The notes under the pieces are model-generated. The model saw only the letters and a list, made by a program, of their open reading frames with translations. It ran no database searches and was not told where the DNA came from. From positions 12,638 to 32,995 of the forward strand of contig CAYYQL010000030.1 of assembly GCA_964473825.1 (NCBI GenBank): DNA of 20,358 nucleotides, given 5' to 3'. Of this stretch, positions 8,824-16,792 are shown one piece after another. Both the position numbers and the translations under genes were made by a program. The stretch's first letter is position 1, and every line of letters starts with the position of its first letter. Source of the DNA: an uncultured archaeon. Its GTDB lineage: Archaea > Asgardarchaeota > Thorarchaeia > Thorarchaeales > Thorarchaeaceae.

Positions 8824-8907
8824 ATGCGAATCGTACGAAAGGTCAACGAGACTTCAAAGGCTGATGTGTCAACCAAGGCCCTTGCCTACGCTTACTTCAG
8901 GAGATAG
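8824..8907 (+). CDS. Small peptide B, 27 aa: MRIVRKVNETSKADVSTKALAYAYFRR
   Basis: AGGTGA archaeal SD at 8812-8817, 6 nt before the ATG. Shares STKALAxAY with peptide A. Confidence 0.68.
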   Translation: MRIVRKVNETSKADVSTKALAYAYFRR

Positions 8908-8948
8908 GCTATTTGTGGTCATACACCACTGCTGACTCTTCTAGCTTG

Positions 8949-9024
8949 TCGTCACAGTCCCGCAAGGACTATGATGAATCTACGGAAGACACCAATCCCA
9001 GGTAGTCTTCCATTCTTTCTGTTT
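8949..9024 (+). terminator. Double stem-loop plus T-rich tract 3' of the peptide genes
   Basis: TCGTCACAGTCC-cgcaa-GGACTATGATGA (8949-8977); GGAAGACACC-aatccca-GGT(A)GTCTTCC (8984-9011); then ATTCTTTCTGTTT. Confidence 0.5.
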
Positions 9025-9096
9025 CAAGCCCTCTTTCTTCGGTGATACTAGTCTTTTCTGCTAATATCTCAAACCAGGGCTAATCAGAATTGGAGA

Positions 9097-9210
9097 TGGT
9101 GCCGAGAGGGAGATTCGAACTCCCGAACTCCTGCGAGAACGGATGTCTCATCAGGCCTGAGCCAACAGATCTTGAGTCCGTCGCCGTTGGCCGGGCTTGG
9201 CTATCTCGGC
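9097..9210 (-). tRNA. tRNA-Leu(CAA) with 26-nt intron at position 37/38; CCA encoded
   Basis: Acceptor stem GCCGAGA/TCTCGGC-A-CCA, anticodon stem ACGGA/TCCGT, loop CTCAAG^A, long variable arm, TTCGAAT T-loop. Intron at 9145-9170 with bulge-helix-bulge (CTCA/TGAG helix, AGA and ACA bulges). Confidence 0.96.
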
Positions 9211-9358
9211 TGTAGTGCAGATTGTTTCATGATTCACTTTTAGCAGTTTCCTTCGTAAGACACTAGAAACAGAATGAGCTTCGGAGTAGAAAGAAGAAGA
9301 GAGTGCCGGCAAATTCATTACAGGCCGACAATGTTTTCCATCCAGCTGGTTGGGGTAG

Positions 9359-9658
9359 CTATTCTTCTGGTAACTCGATCAGATGGGGTTTGATATCTTC
9401 ATAGAAATCGGTGAGTATCTTGCTTTTTGACTCCTCAGGCTCGAGGATGAACAACCTGATTTGCTGCCCGACCCGAATCTCCTTTACCAGACCCATATCC
9501 ACCAAGGGCTGCACCACTCTGTGAATGGTCGAATGTGCAAGGCCGGTCTCCTTGGCAATACGACTCAGATTGAAGAACTCCTTGGGTTTGTCAAGGAAGT
9601 GTTCGACAACCCTTGTCTGCGCTCGTGAGGCAAAGACTCTCTCAAGTAGTTTGTTCAA
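9359..9658 (-). CDS. Winged helix-turn-helix transcriptional regulator
   Basis: NLSRIAKETGLAHSTIHRVVQPLVDMGLV followed by a beta-wing (EIRVGQQIRLF). GGAGG SD. Directly downstream of pyrH. Confidence 0.85.
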   Translation of the reverse strand: MNKLLERVFASRAQTRVVEHFLDKPKEFFNLSRIAKETGLAHSTIHRVVQPLVDMGLVKEIRVGQQIRLFILEPEESKSKILTDFYEDIKPHLIELPEE

Positions 9659-9672
9659 TTCCTCCAGTCCTC

Positions 9673-10374
9673 CTATTGCTCATCCATGTGGTTATGATAT
9701 ATGGCCGTACCGAGGCGCTCACCTTTGAATAGTAGCACCAAGTTATCTGGCTCATTACCGTTGAAAATCACGGTCTTTATGTGTGACCTGGCCACCACCC
9801 GAATAGCCACCGGGTCGAAGAGCCTGTACTCACCAGCTCTTGTTCCACCAGAAGCTAGTACCTGTTCAAGTTGCTCTATTGAAACTCTATCCAGCATTTT
9901 CGCACCTGGCTGCGAAGGATCTCTATCATAGACGCCATCCACGTTCGTTGCATTGAAGAATGCATCAGCTCTCAGTACTTCGGCAGCGAGAGCAGCCACT
10001 GCATTTGTAGACTGGCCTGGTGTGAGCCCCCCCATCACTACAATCTTGTTCAGACACAGCACGCTATCAAGTTCTTCAAGACTCTCCACCACCTTCGGAT
10101 ATGCGTGGTCCCCGAGAGCGATGGCCAACAACTCAGCGTTATGACGTGCCAGTCTCAGCCCAAACCAGTCACAGCGTGACTCATCAGCTCCAAGGTCACG
10201 TGCCGCAGTGATAAACATGCGGGCCGATTTCCCTCCGCCAACCACAACGACGAGCTGATGCCCTTCGTTCGCAAGTGCTGCAATATGCTTGGCGTAAGCC
10301 TCTATCTTTGTCGTGAGTATGCTCCCATCGTTGCTGTAGAGTAACGAACCTCCTAGTTTCAGAACTGCGCGCAT
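9673..10374 (-). CDS. pyrH: UMP kinase
   Basis: VLKLGGS, VVVGGG..AR, GG..PGQSTNAVAA, ATNVDGVYDRDP, AG.Y..FDPVA: archaeal PyrH signatures. Confidence 0.95.
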   Translation of the reverse strand: MRAVLKLGGSLLYSNDGSILTTKIEAYAKHIAALANEGHQLVVVVGGGKSARMFITAARDLGADESRCDWFGLRLARHNAELLAIALGDHAYPKVVESLEELDSVLCLNKIVVMGGLTPGQSTNAVAALAAEVLRADAFFNATNVDGVYDRDPSQPGAKMLDRVSIEQLEQVLASGGTRAGEYRLFDPVAIRVVARSHIKTVIFNGNEPDNLVLLFKGERLGTAIYHNHMDEQ

Positions 10375-10616
10375 GGGGATACCTCTCGCATAAGATGTTG
10401 ATAATGAGGAATCTCTGGGTCACCTAAAGAAGTTTTCTTGAATAGACCACTCTCTCGAAATATCGACGCCTACTTGACACGTCATCAAAACCCGTACGTT
10501 GACTACTGCCCTTTGAGGACATGGTCAAACTGTCTTGTCCATAATCCTTTTAGGACGACTGCCTCTGTCGAGAGAGAAAGCGGAGCGCTTCCGCCCCCTT
10601 GTTGACATCAAGGAGA

Positions 10617-13097
10617 ATGGATGTTTTGCCAAAGAGATTCACACCGAAAATCAAATCGAAGAGATGGAAACCCACAGCGGAAGAGGAGGTACTGGATTCC
10701 TGGGCTGATGAAACGACCTATGAGTTCGATCCCGACAGCGGGAAGACCATCTATTCTGTGGACACACCTCCACCATACCTGTCGGGACATGTCCATGTTG
10801 GTCAACTCCTGCACTATACGCAGATTGACATCATCGCCAGATACAGACGAATGAAGGGTCTAGAGGTCAATTTTCCGCTCGGTATAGATAGAAACGGTCT
10901 TCCTGTGGAGCTACGCGTTGAGAAGGAGTTCGGGATGGACATGCATACCACTCCCCGAGCCGAATTCGTGAGCAAGTGCAGGGAGCAGTTGGATCTCTAT
11001 GAAGACGAAGTAATTGACAGTTTCAAGCGTCTCGGCATTGCATTCAATACCTACGACGATGAAGGGAGTTATCGGACCGACAGCCCTGAATACCGAGCTG
11101 TGACCCAGACAACTTTCATAGACTTATGGCACAGAGGCCTCATCTATAGCGACTACCGTCCGAACAACTGGTGCTTCGAATGCAGGACTACCATTGCAGA
11201 TGCAGAGGTTGAATATGAAGAGCGTCCCACCACACTCAACTACCTCTATTTCGAAGTAGAAGGCATGGAGCGTCTGAAGATTGCCACAACGCGACCTGAG
11301 CTTCTCTGTGCATGTGGTGCTGTATTCATCCATCCTGATGACGAACGTTATGATGGATATCCGGGCAAGACAGCGAGAGTGCCTCTGTTTGACCTAGAGG
11401 TTCCGATCATCGAGAGTCCCACAGCACAGATGGACTTCGGCACTGGTGCTCTGATGGTATGTAGCTACGGTGATATGGCGGATGTGATGGCATTCCGCGA
11501 CTATGCACTTGAGCCTATCGCTGCCATCTCTCCCGAAGGCACAATGACGGAGGCGGCCGGAGAGTATGCAGGCATGCCAGTGGAGGAGGCCAAGAAGGCA
11601 ATTGTGCATGACCTTGAGGAGAGGGGGCTCCTCTATGATCGAGAGCATACCGTTCAACGTGCACCACTATGTTGGCGCAGCAAGACGCCCATCGAATTCA
11701 TTGCCATGGACGAATACTATCTCAAACAGGTCGAATTCCTCGATGAGCTCACAAAGATTGCCAAGGAAACCCCCTTCTATCCAGATTATCACAGACAGAT
11801 TCTGCTAGACTGGATCAATAGGGTTTCGGTTGACTGGCCCATAAGTAGGAGACGCTACTATGGGACCGAGATTCCTCTCTGGTACTGCAACTCCTGCAAT
11901 GAGCCTGTTGTCCCAGAGACTGGGGAGCTGCGATATTATCAACCTTGGAGAGAGGATCCGCCTTTCCGGGAGTGCCCGAAATGCGGCGCAGAGGAGGGGT
12001 TCAGAGGGGAAGAGAGAACCTTTGATACGTGGATGGACTCTTCCATCAGCGGGCTTCAGATTATCGGTTACCTAAGGGATGAGGAGCTCTTTGAGAAGGC
12101 CTTTGGGAATGTTATCCGACCTCAGGGGAAGGAGATTGTTCGGACTTGGCTCTACTACTCACTACTTCGCACCTACCAGCTCACAAAGAGACCCGCCTTC
12201 AAGGAGGTCTGGGTATCGGGACATGTTGTGGACGAGAATGGGGAAAAGATGAGCAAGTCAAAGGGCAATTCGCCACCACCTGCGCCCATCATCCAAAAAT
12301 ATGGTGCCGATGCAATGCGACTCTTCGGAGTTCTTGAGGCAGGTCTGGGGAGCGATGTGCGGTTCTCAGAAGACAGAATGGCCGGTGTTGCCAAGTTCAT
12401 GACAAAACTCTGGAATGTATCCCGTTTCATCTCGATGTTTCCTGACCCCGGCGATAGAGGGGATATCGAGCTGACGGCCGTTGATCAATGGATACTAAGC
12501 GCGACTAACAAGACAATCGAGTCCATTCTCCCTGAATGCGAGTACCTCGACTTCCACAAGCCCGCCATTGAGCTGAGGAGTTTCACCTGGAGCTTCTTTG
12601 CCGACCACATTCTTGAGATGCTGAAAGGCCGATGTTTCAACGGAGATGAGGAGTTCACCGAAGCGGAACAACGTTCCGGCTGGTATACTCTCCATCGAGT
12701 GCTAGACACTATACTAAGAGCTCTGGCACCAATCACGCCGTTCATCACAGACCGGATATACCGAGAGCTCTACGCCCCTGACGGGATTCATCGCGAATCA
12801 TATCCTGTGCCAAGAACGGACTGGACGTCCGATCTCAGTAAACATACCAAACTTCTCCTTCAGACCAATGCTGGGTTCTGGAAGTTCAAAAGAGAGCACG
12901 GAATCTCGCTACGGCAGGGCGTCCCCGAGGCCTATGTGGCGACAGAGCTAGAACCGTGGAAGTCCGATTTGCGTGCAATGCATGGGGTGGAGACCCTCCA
13001 TTTCGGAGAACCTCCGGCTGACTCGTTTGTGGAGGTCTCTCTTCCCGAATATGATGGGTCTATCTACATCCTCCCTCCGGATGATGAGAAGGAATAG
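10617..13097 (+). CDS. valS: Valine--tRNA ligase (archaeal type)
   Basis: SVDTPPPY.SG..HVGQ (HIGH variant), ATTRPELL.AC, DW.ISRRRYYG, FDTWMDSS, RPQG.EI.RTW, KMSKS. Start uncertain (10599, 10617 or 10626). Confidence 0.96.
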   Translation: MDVLPKRFTPKIKSKRWKPTAEEEVLDSWADETTYEFDPDSGKTIYSVDTPPPYLSGHVHVGQLLHYTQIDIIARYRRMKGLEVNFPLGIDRNGLPVELRVEKEFGMDMHTTPRAEFVSKCREQLDLYEDEVIDSFKRLGIAFNTYDDEGSYRTDSPEYRAVTQTTFIDLWHRGLIYSDYRPNNWCFECRTTIADAEVEYEERPTTLNYLYFEVEGMERLKIATTRPELLCACGAVFIHPDDERYDGYPGKTARVPLFDLEVPIIESPTAQMDFGTGALMVCSYGDMADVMAFRDYALEPIAAISPEGTMTEAAGEYAGMPVEEAKKAIVHDLEERGLLYDREHTVQRAPLCWRSKTPIEFIAMDEYYLKQVEFLDELTKIAKETPFYPDYHRQILLDWINRVSVDWPISRRRYYGTEIPLWYCNSCNEPVVPETGELRYYQPWREDPPFRECPKCGAEEGFRGEERTFDTWMDSSISGLQIIGYLRDEELFEKAFGNVIRPQGKEIVRTWLYYSLLRTYQLTKRPAFKEVWVSGHVVDENGEKMSKSKGNSPPPAPIIQKYGADAMRLFGVLEAGLGSDVRFSEDRMAGVAKFMTKLWNVSRFISMFPDPGDRGDIELTAVDQWILSATNKTIESILPECEYLDFHKPAIELRSFTWSFFADHILEMLKGRCFNGDEEFTEAEQRSGWYTLHRVLDTILRALAPITPFITDRIYRELYAPDGIHRESYPVPRTDWTSDLSKHTKLLLQTNAGFWKFKREHGISLRQGVPEAYVATELEPWKSDLRAMHGVETLHFGEPPADSFVEVSLPEYDGSIYILPPDDEKE

Positions 13098-13124
13098 GTT
13101 GCCCTTCTCAGGTTTCTTGGGATA

Positions 13125-13571
13125 TCACTTTGCTTCCACGGCATTCTCGTGGTCAACTTGGCATTTCATGCTATTCGCAACCAGACAGTACTTACCTGCT
13201 AGTTCCAGAGCTCTCTCTGCCTTTGAAATCAGGTCCTCTGATTCCACAGTGACCTTTGACTTCAGCAGGATATGTGTGAATTCGAATCCCTTCTCGACTC
13301 TCTCCAGTGTTCCAACCCCCTTGCACGAATATGATTCGAACTCAAATCGCATCTTCTTTGAGAATGTGACAAAGGTGGTCATCATGCATGTGGCTGCAGA
13401 TGCAACAAAGAGGTCTTCCGGAGATATGATCCCTGGGACACCCCCTTCAAACTCTGGTGGTGTGGCTATCTGAACAGTGGGCTTGTCCTCAATAATCAGA
13501 TTTCCAATTCTGTCATGGGTCCAGTCCACTTTGACTTCGTAGGTATGGCTCTCATCACTCATTTCTATCAT
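13125..13571 (-). CDS. OsmC/Ohr-family protein
   Basis: PPEFEGG...SPEDLFVASAATC and GKYCLVANS, the two-Cys OsmC pattern. Confidence 0.9.
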   Translation of the reverse strand: MIEMSDESHTYEVKVDWTHDRIGNLIIEDKPTVQIATPPEFEGGVPGIISPEDLFVASAATCMMTTFVTFSKKMRFEFESYSCKGVGTLERVEKGFEFTHILLKSKVTVESEDLISKAERALELAGKYCLVANSMKCQVDHENAVEAK

Positions 13572-13599
13572 CTCGTTTCATGAAGTGGTCAGGCAAAAA

Positions 13600-14043
13600 T
13601 CATTCGGCTTGGTCTTCCATGACTATGATATGGTGGTCATAGGTGGTCGTTGCCTTCAGGCTATTAGCAACATAGCAATATTTCGCTCCGAGCTCCAGAG
13701 CACGTTCGAACCGGTGTTTCAAATCTCCAGAGGGAATCTCAACCCTGGTCTCCATGTTCAGTTTCGTTATCTCGAAGCTTCTTCCCACCTTTTCTAGGAT
13801 CCCTGTCGCTTCCACCTGAAACGCCTCAAACTGGATGCGCATCTTCTTTGTGAACTCAACAAAGGAGTTCATAAGGCAGGTGCCTGCGGCAGCCACAAGG
13901 AGATGCTCTGGTGTGTGGTATATCTGTTCTTCGTCAGGGGGTCTGCCGGTTCTTATCTTGGGCATTCCCTCTACTACTGCCTCGCCGGACTTTCCTCCGG
14001 TCCAGACTATTGTGACATCATATGGTTCTGTTTCCTCGCTCAT
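13600..14043 (-). CDS. OsmC/Ohr-family protein (tandem paralog)
   Basis: TPEHLLVAAAGTC and AKYCYVANSL. Clearly alignable to the neighbour (F.KKMR..FE, G.LE.V...FE.T, ERALEL). Confidence 0.9.
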   Translation of the reverse strand: MSEETEPYDVTIVWTGGKSGEAVVEGMPKIRTGRPPDEEQIYHTPEHLLVAAAGTCLMNSFVEFTKKMRIQFEAFQVEATGILEKVGRSFEITKLNMETRVEIPSGDLKHRFERALELGAKYCYVANSLKATTTYDHHIIVMEDQAE

Positions 14044-14081
14044 GTCTGTCCTCTCTCAGTAGTCATATTTCCTAATCATGA

Positions 14082-14852
14082 TTAATCTGCCCTGACGGCC
14101 CTGAATACTATGAAGAACGGGATTCTTCGCTCACGGTCGAAAAATTGATCCTGCTCTATGGGAACTGGCTCCTCAAGATTTGTGATCTCGAATCCTGCAC
14201 TAATCAGGAAGTCAACATATGAAGAGATAGTACGATGAAAGAATGTAATCGGTTCCGGGAATCTCTCTCCTTCACGCAAACGCCAGTAGCGCTCATAGGT
14301 CCGTTCATCGAAGTAGTTGTCCATCTTGAAGTAGAGGCCCTCCCTTCTGCCAGTTTCTTGATTTTTCTTACCCATTTCCCACTCACCAGGCCCATAGAAG
14401 TCGAATGCAGGATGCACGATTGACATCACCAGCACGCCTCCACGGTCCAATAGACGATAGAACTCACTGATTGCCTCCTGGGCACAGGGGACATTCAGAA
14501 TGACGAGATTACAGAGAACGGCATCAAAGGACCGCTCTTGGAAATCAGAGAGCTCACATATATTCGCAACTCGATAGTCTACAGACATATCCGATGTGAG
14601 CCTCTCTGCGTTTCGTATGAGTCTTTCAGAGAAATCCACTCCTGTGACTCTTGCACCCCGCTCTGTGTAGCATCTAGAGAGATATCCCTCTCCACAGCCA
14701 GCATCAAGGAGCCTCTTTCCGGAGAGGTCTCCTAAGAGCGCGTCTATACAGGGATTCAGTATCTTTCGATGGTGGGGAGTCCCTCTGTTCGCAATCAGAG
14801 CTGCGAAGAATTCAGCGTTCTCTTCCCACTGGCTCCTTAGAGTGTCCTGCAC
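14082..14852 (-). CDS. Class I SAM-dependent methyltransferase
   Basis: LLDAGCGEG, GVDFS, FDAV, HP.F, FHRTISSY motifs. Confidence 0.88.
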   Translation of the reverse strand: MQDTLRSQWEENAEFFAALIANRGTPHHRKILNPCIDALLGDLSGKRLLDAGCGEGYLSRCYTERGARVTGVDFSERLIRNAERLTSDMSVDYRVANICELSDFQERSFDAVLCNLVILNVPCAQEAISEFYRLLDRGGVLVMSIVHPAFDFYGPGEWEMGKKNQETGRREGLYFKMDNYFDERTYERYWRLREGERFPEPITFFHRTISSYVDFLISAGFEITNLEEPVPIEQDQFFDRERRIPFFIVFRAVRAD

Positions 14853-14888
14853 GTGACCAGCATCTCCACTTAATCAGATGACGCGCTT

Positions 14889-15284
14889 CTAGATGTCGTC
14901 CCAGACCTTGTGTATATGCTTGCCGGTCTCTTTGATAACCGGTTCCATCTCATCTTTTGGTGCGAGTCCCGTCTCAGCAGAAACGCGCATGATTGAGGTG
15001 TGGGCCACTATCGTCTTTCCTTCATCCTCATAGACCACAAAGCTACAGGGGAATAATGTACCTGCGTCCTTGGACACATCCAATGCCATCTTTGCGAGTG
15101 CTGGATTACATGCGAGCACCATAGTATAGCGGGGATACTTTTCCAAGTGCAGTGTCTTCTTGAAGATCTGATCAAGATGTTTGGTCGCGAGGACACTGAA
15201 TCCTCTCCGTGAGCAGATATCCTCTACTCTCTTCACAGCTTCGTCAAAGTCATAATCGACTTCTTTACGCAATACTTCAACCAT
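14889..15284 (-). CDS. DUF302 family protein
   Basis: FDEAV..V.......GF.V, ACNP.LA, G..FPCSFVVYE pattern. Confidence 0.85.
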   Translation of the reverse strand: MVEVLRKEVDYDFDEAVKRVEDICSRRGFSVLATKHLDQIFKKTLHLEKYPRYTMVLACNPALAKMALDVSKDAGTLFPCSFVVYEDEGKTIVAHTSIMRVSAETGLAPKDEMEPVIKETGKHIHKVWDDI

Positions 15285-15365
15285 ACCCCTGAGAATACGC
15301 GAGTTGATTTAGTCTTTCCTCCAAGGGCAGACGCCGTGGAAACAACTATTTCATAGAATACGAGA

Positions 15366-15442
15366 TGGTGGACCGGGCGAGATTTGAACTCGCGGCCTCT
15401 TGGATGCGAACCAAGCGATCTACCGGGCTAATCTACCGGCCC
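15366..15442 (-). tRNA. tRNA-Ala(CGC); CCA encoded
   Basis: GGGCCGG/CCGGTCC-A-CCA with the G3:U70 Ala determinant. Anticodon arm CTTGG-TTCGCAT-CCAAG. TTCAAAT T-loop. Confidence 0.96.
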
Positions 15443-15490
15443 ATAGGTGAGTAGTGATTCCCCTGACTGACTCTTAAAACCTTGTCTACA

Positions 15491-15787
15491 TCATATCTCG
15501 ATGCCAAAGGCTTCTGAGAACCTCTCTACCTTGGTGAACTCTTGGAGGAAGTCCCTTCCCTTGCTAGTCAGATAGTATACTCTTGACTCGCCTTCCACTT
15601 CGGTCTCAGAGATCAACTCTTTCTCAATCAATTCTTCCAGATACTGGGTCAGCCTGTCGTAGGAGAGATTTGCACTATACAGAATTTTCGTCGGACCTGC
15701 TCCGTACTCTCCCTCCCCCTTGATAGCGCGCATCATATCAACTAGAATACGCACCTTAGAGCGATACGGCCGCCTCGGACTCATCAT
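15491..15787 (-). CDS. Winged helix-turn-helix regulator (HTH_45-like)
   Basis: RSK..I..D, PTKILYSANLSY..L..YL..L, YYLTSKGRDFL pattern. 4-nt ATGA overlap with the upstream membrane-protein gene. Confidence 0.88.
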   Translation of the reverse strand: MMSPRRPYRSKVRILVDMMRAIKGEGEYGAGPTKILYSANLSYDRLTQYLEELIEKELISETEVEGESRVYYLTSKGRDFLQEFTKVERFSEAFGIEI

Positions 15788-16404
15788 TCCTTTCCTGCCT
15801 TGACAAGCATGACCAAGAAGAAGATGAAGCCTAGAAACTGGAACACCTGACTCAGGGTGTAACCCCTGAGTTCCGTCTGGGCCGGAATTGCAACCACATG
15901 GCTGAGTAGGAGAAGTGCGAATCCGATTAGCACATATGCCGCATACTTGCTCCTTGTCGACATGTAGTTCATCAGGGCCTGTATCACCACAACTATCAAC
16001 ACTATTATCGCAATAAAGTCGAGATTGGGATCAACAAGGACGGGCAGGGCCATCAACACGACACTGGACTTGAGCGTCGGTGACTTCGTTGCGCGTGTAG
16101 AGATGGCGAACAGGACATAGGCCATGATCTTCATCGCACCATAGGCTATTGTTATCACCGCCATCATCAAATTGGCACCACCCATCCCCTCTCCAATTAA
16201 TACAAAGAAGTAGATGGTTCCAATCACCCTGCTAAACATCGCCGCAGAGAGGACAATGAAGCCCGACGAGAGATCCGAGAGCCGCTTCTGTTCTGTCAGG
16301 TGATACGCCTTGTTCGCATAGTGACTGATTACGAGGGCTATCAGACCAGCAACCGATTCCAAAAGCAAGTCCAACCGAATCAGGGAGGCCAGCCAGCTCT
16401 GCAT
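15784..16404 (-). CDS. Polytopic membrane protein (about 6-7 TM), possible sensor
   Basis: Successive 20-aa hydrophobic segments with short basic loops. Coupled to the wHTH gene. Confidence 0.8.
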   Translation of the reverse strand: MQSWLASLIRLDLLLESVAGLIALVISHYANKAYHLTEQKRLSDLSSGFIVLSAAMFSRVIGTIYFFVLIGEGMGGANLMMAVITIAYGAMKIMAYVLFAISTRATKSPTLKSSVVLMALPVLVDPNLDFIAIIVLIVVVIQALMNYMSTRSKYAAYVLIGFALLLLSHVVAIPAQTELRGYTLSQVFQFLGFIFFLVMLVKAGKE

Positions 16405-16746
16405 GATGCATTCCTATCCTAGACTTGATACTCTTCGTCTATATTGTAGATGGATGATTCATTCATCCTAATGGGTGCTGTGGTGATGAATTCATTCCCT
16501 TATGGAGTACCATGTCGGGAAAAAGGCGAAGATGTTTACTATGTATGATTCGTCTATCTCAATCGTTCATCTCGCCTTTATATCCCCTCGTCATAGAATA
16601 ACCATGCCAAAATTGATGCACGCCGATGGTTACTTCCACTACAGGTGCGTTTCCTTGGCCCATGTGCATCTATATTTCGGCCTTCAAGATGGAAGAGAAC
16701 GGATGACTGCAGGGTAACTTGGATGATTACTCCAAGCCCCAAGGAT

Positions 16747-16765
16747 GGCGGGGCACATCCCCGCC
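16747..16765 (-). terminator. GC-rich hairpin 3' of the aminopeptidase gene
   Basis: GGCGGGG-cacat-CCCCGCC, 27 nt past the stop codon. A second inverted repeat CTTGGA-N7-TCCAAG lies at 16718-16736. Confidence 0.45.
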
Positions 16766-16792
16766 CTTCCATCACCTTCTGGTTTCAATTTA

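Noticed and set aside
8770-8907. Peptides as PIP-box or proteasome HbYX ligands
   Set aside because: Spacing does not fit Qxx[LIM]xx[FY][FY], and the penultimate residue is not Tyr.
8815-9011. TGA-TAA at the end of peptide A as selenocysteine, with the downstream hairpins as SECIS
   Set aside because: The TGA is explained by the AGGTGA SD of peptide B, and Sec would be the very last residue. The ATGA at 8974 has no partner GA positioned to form a SECIS core.
8971-9050. C/D-box sRNA or hammerhead ribozyme starting at ATGATGA
   Set aside because: No CTGA D/D' boxes downstream at suitable spacing. The hammerhead core CTGANGA...GAAA is absent.
9097-15442. Integrated element at tRNA-Leu or tRNA-Ala
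   Set aside because: No integrase and no convincing duplicated tRNA 3' end seen. The intervening genes include housekeeping pyrH and valS.
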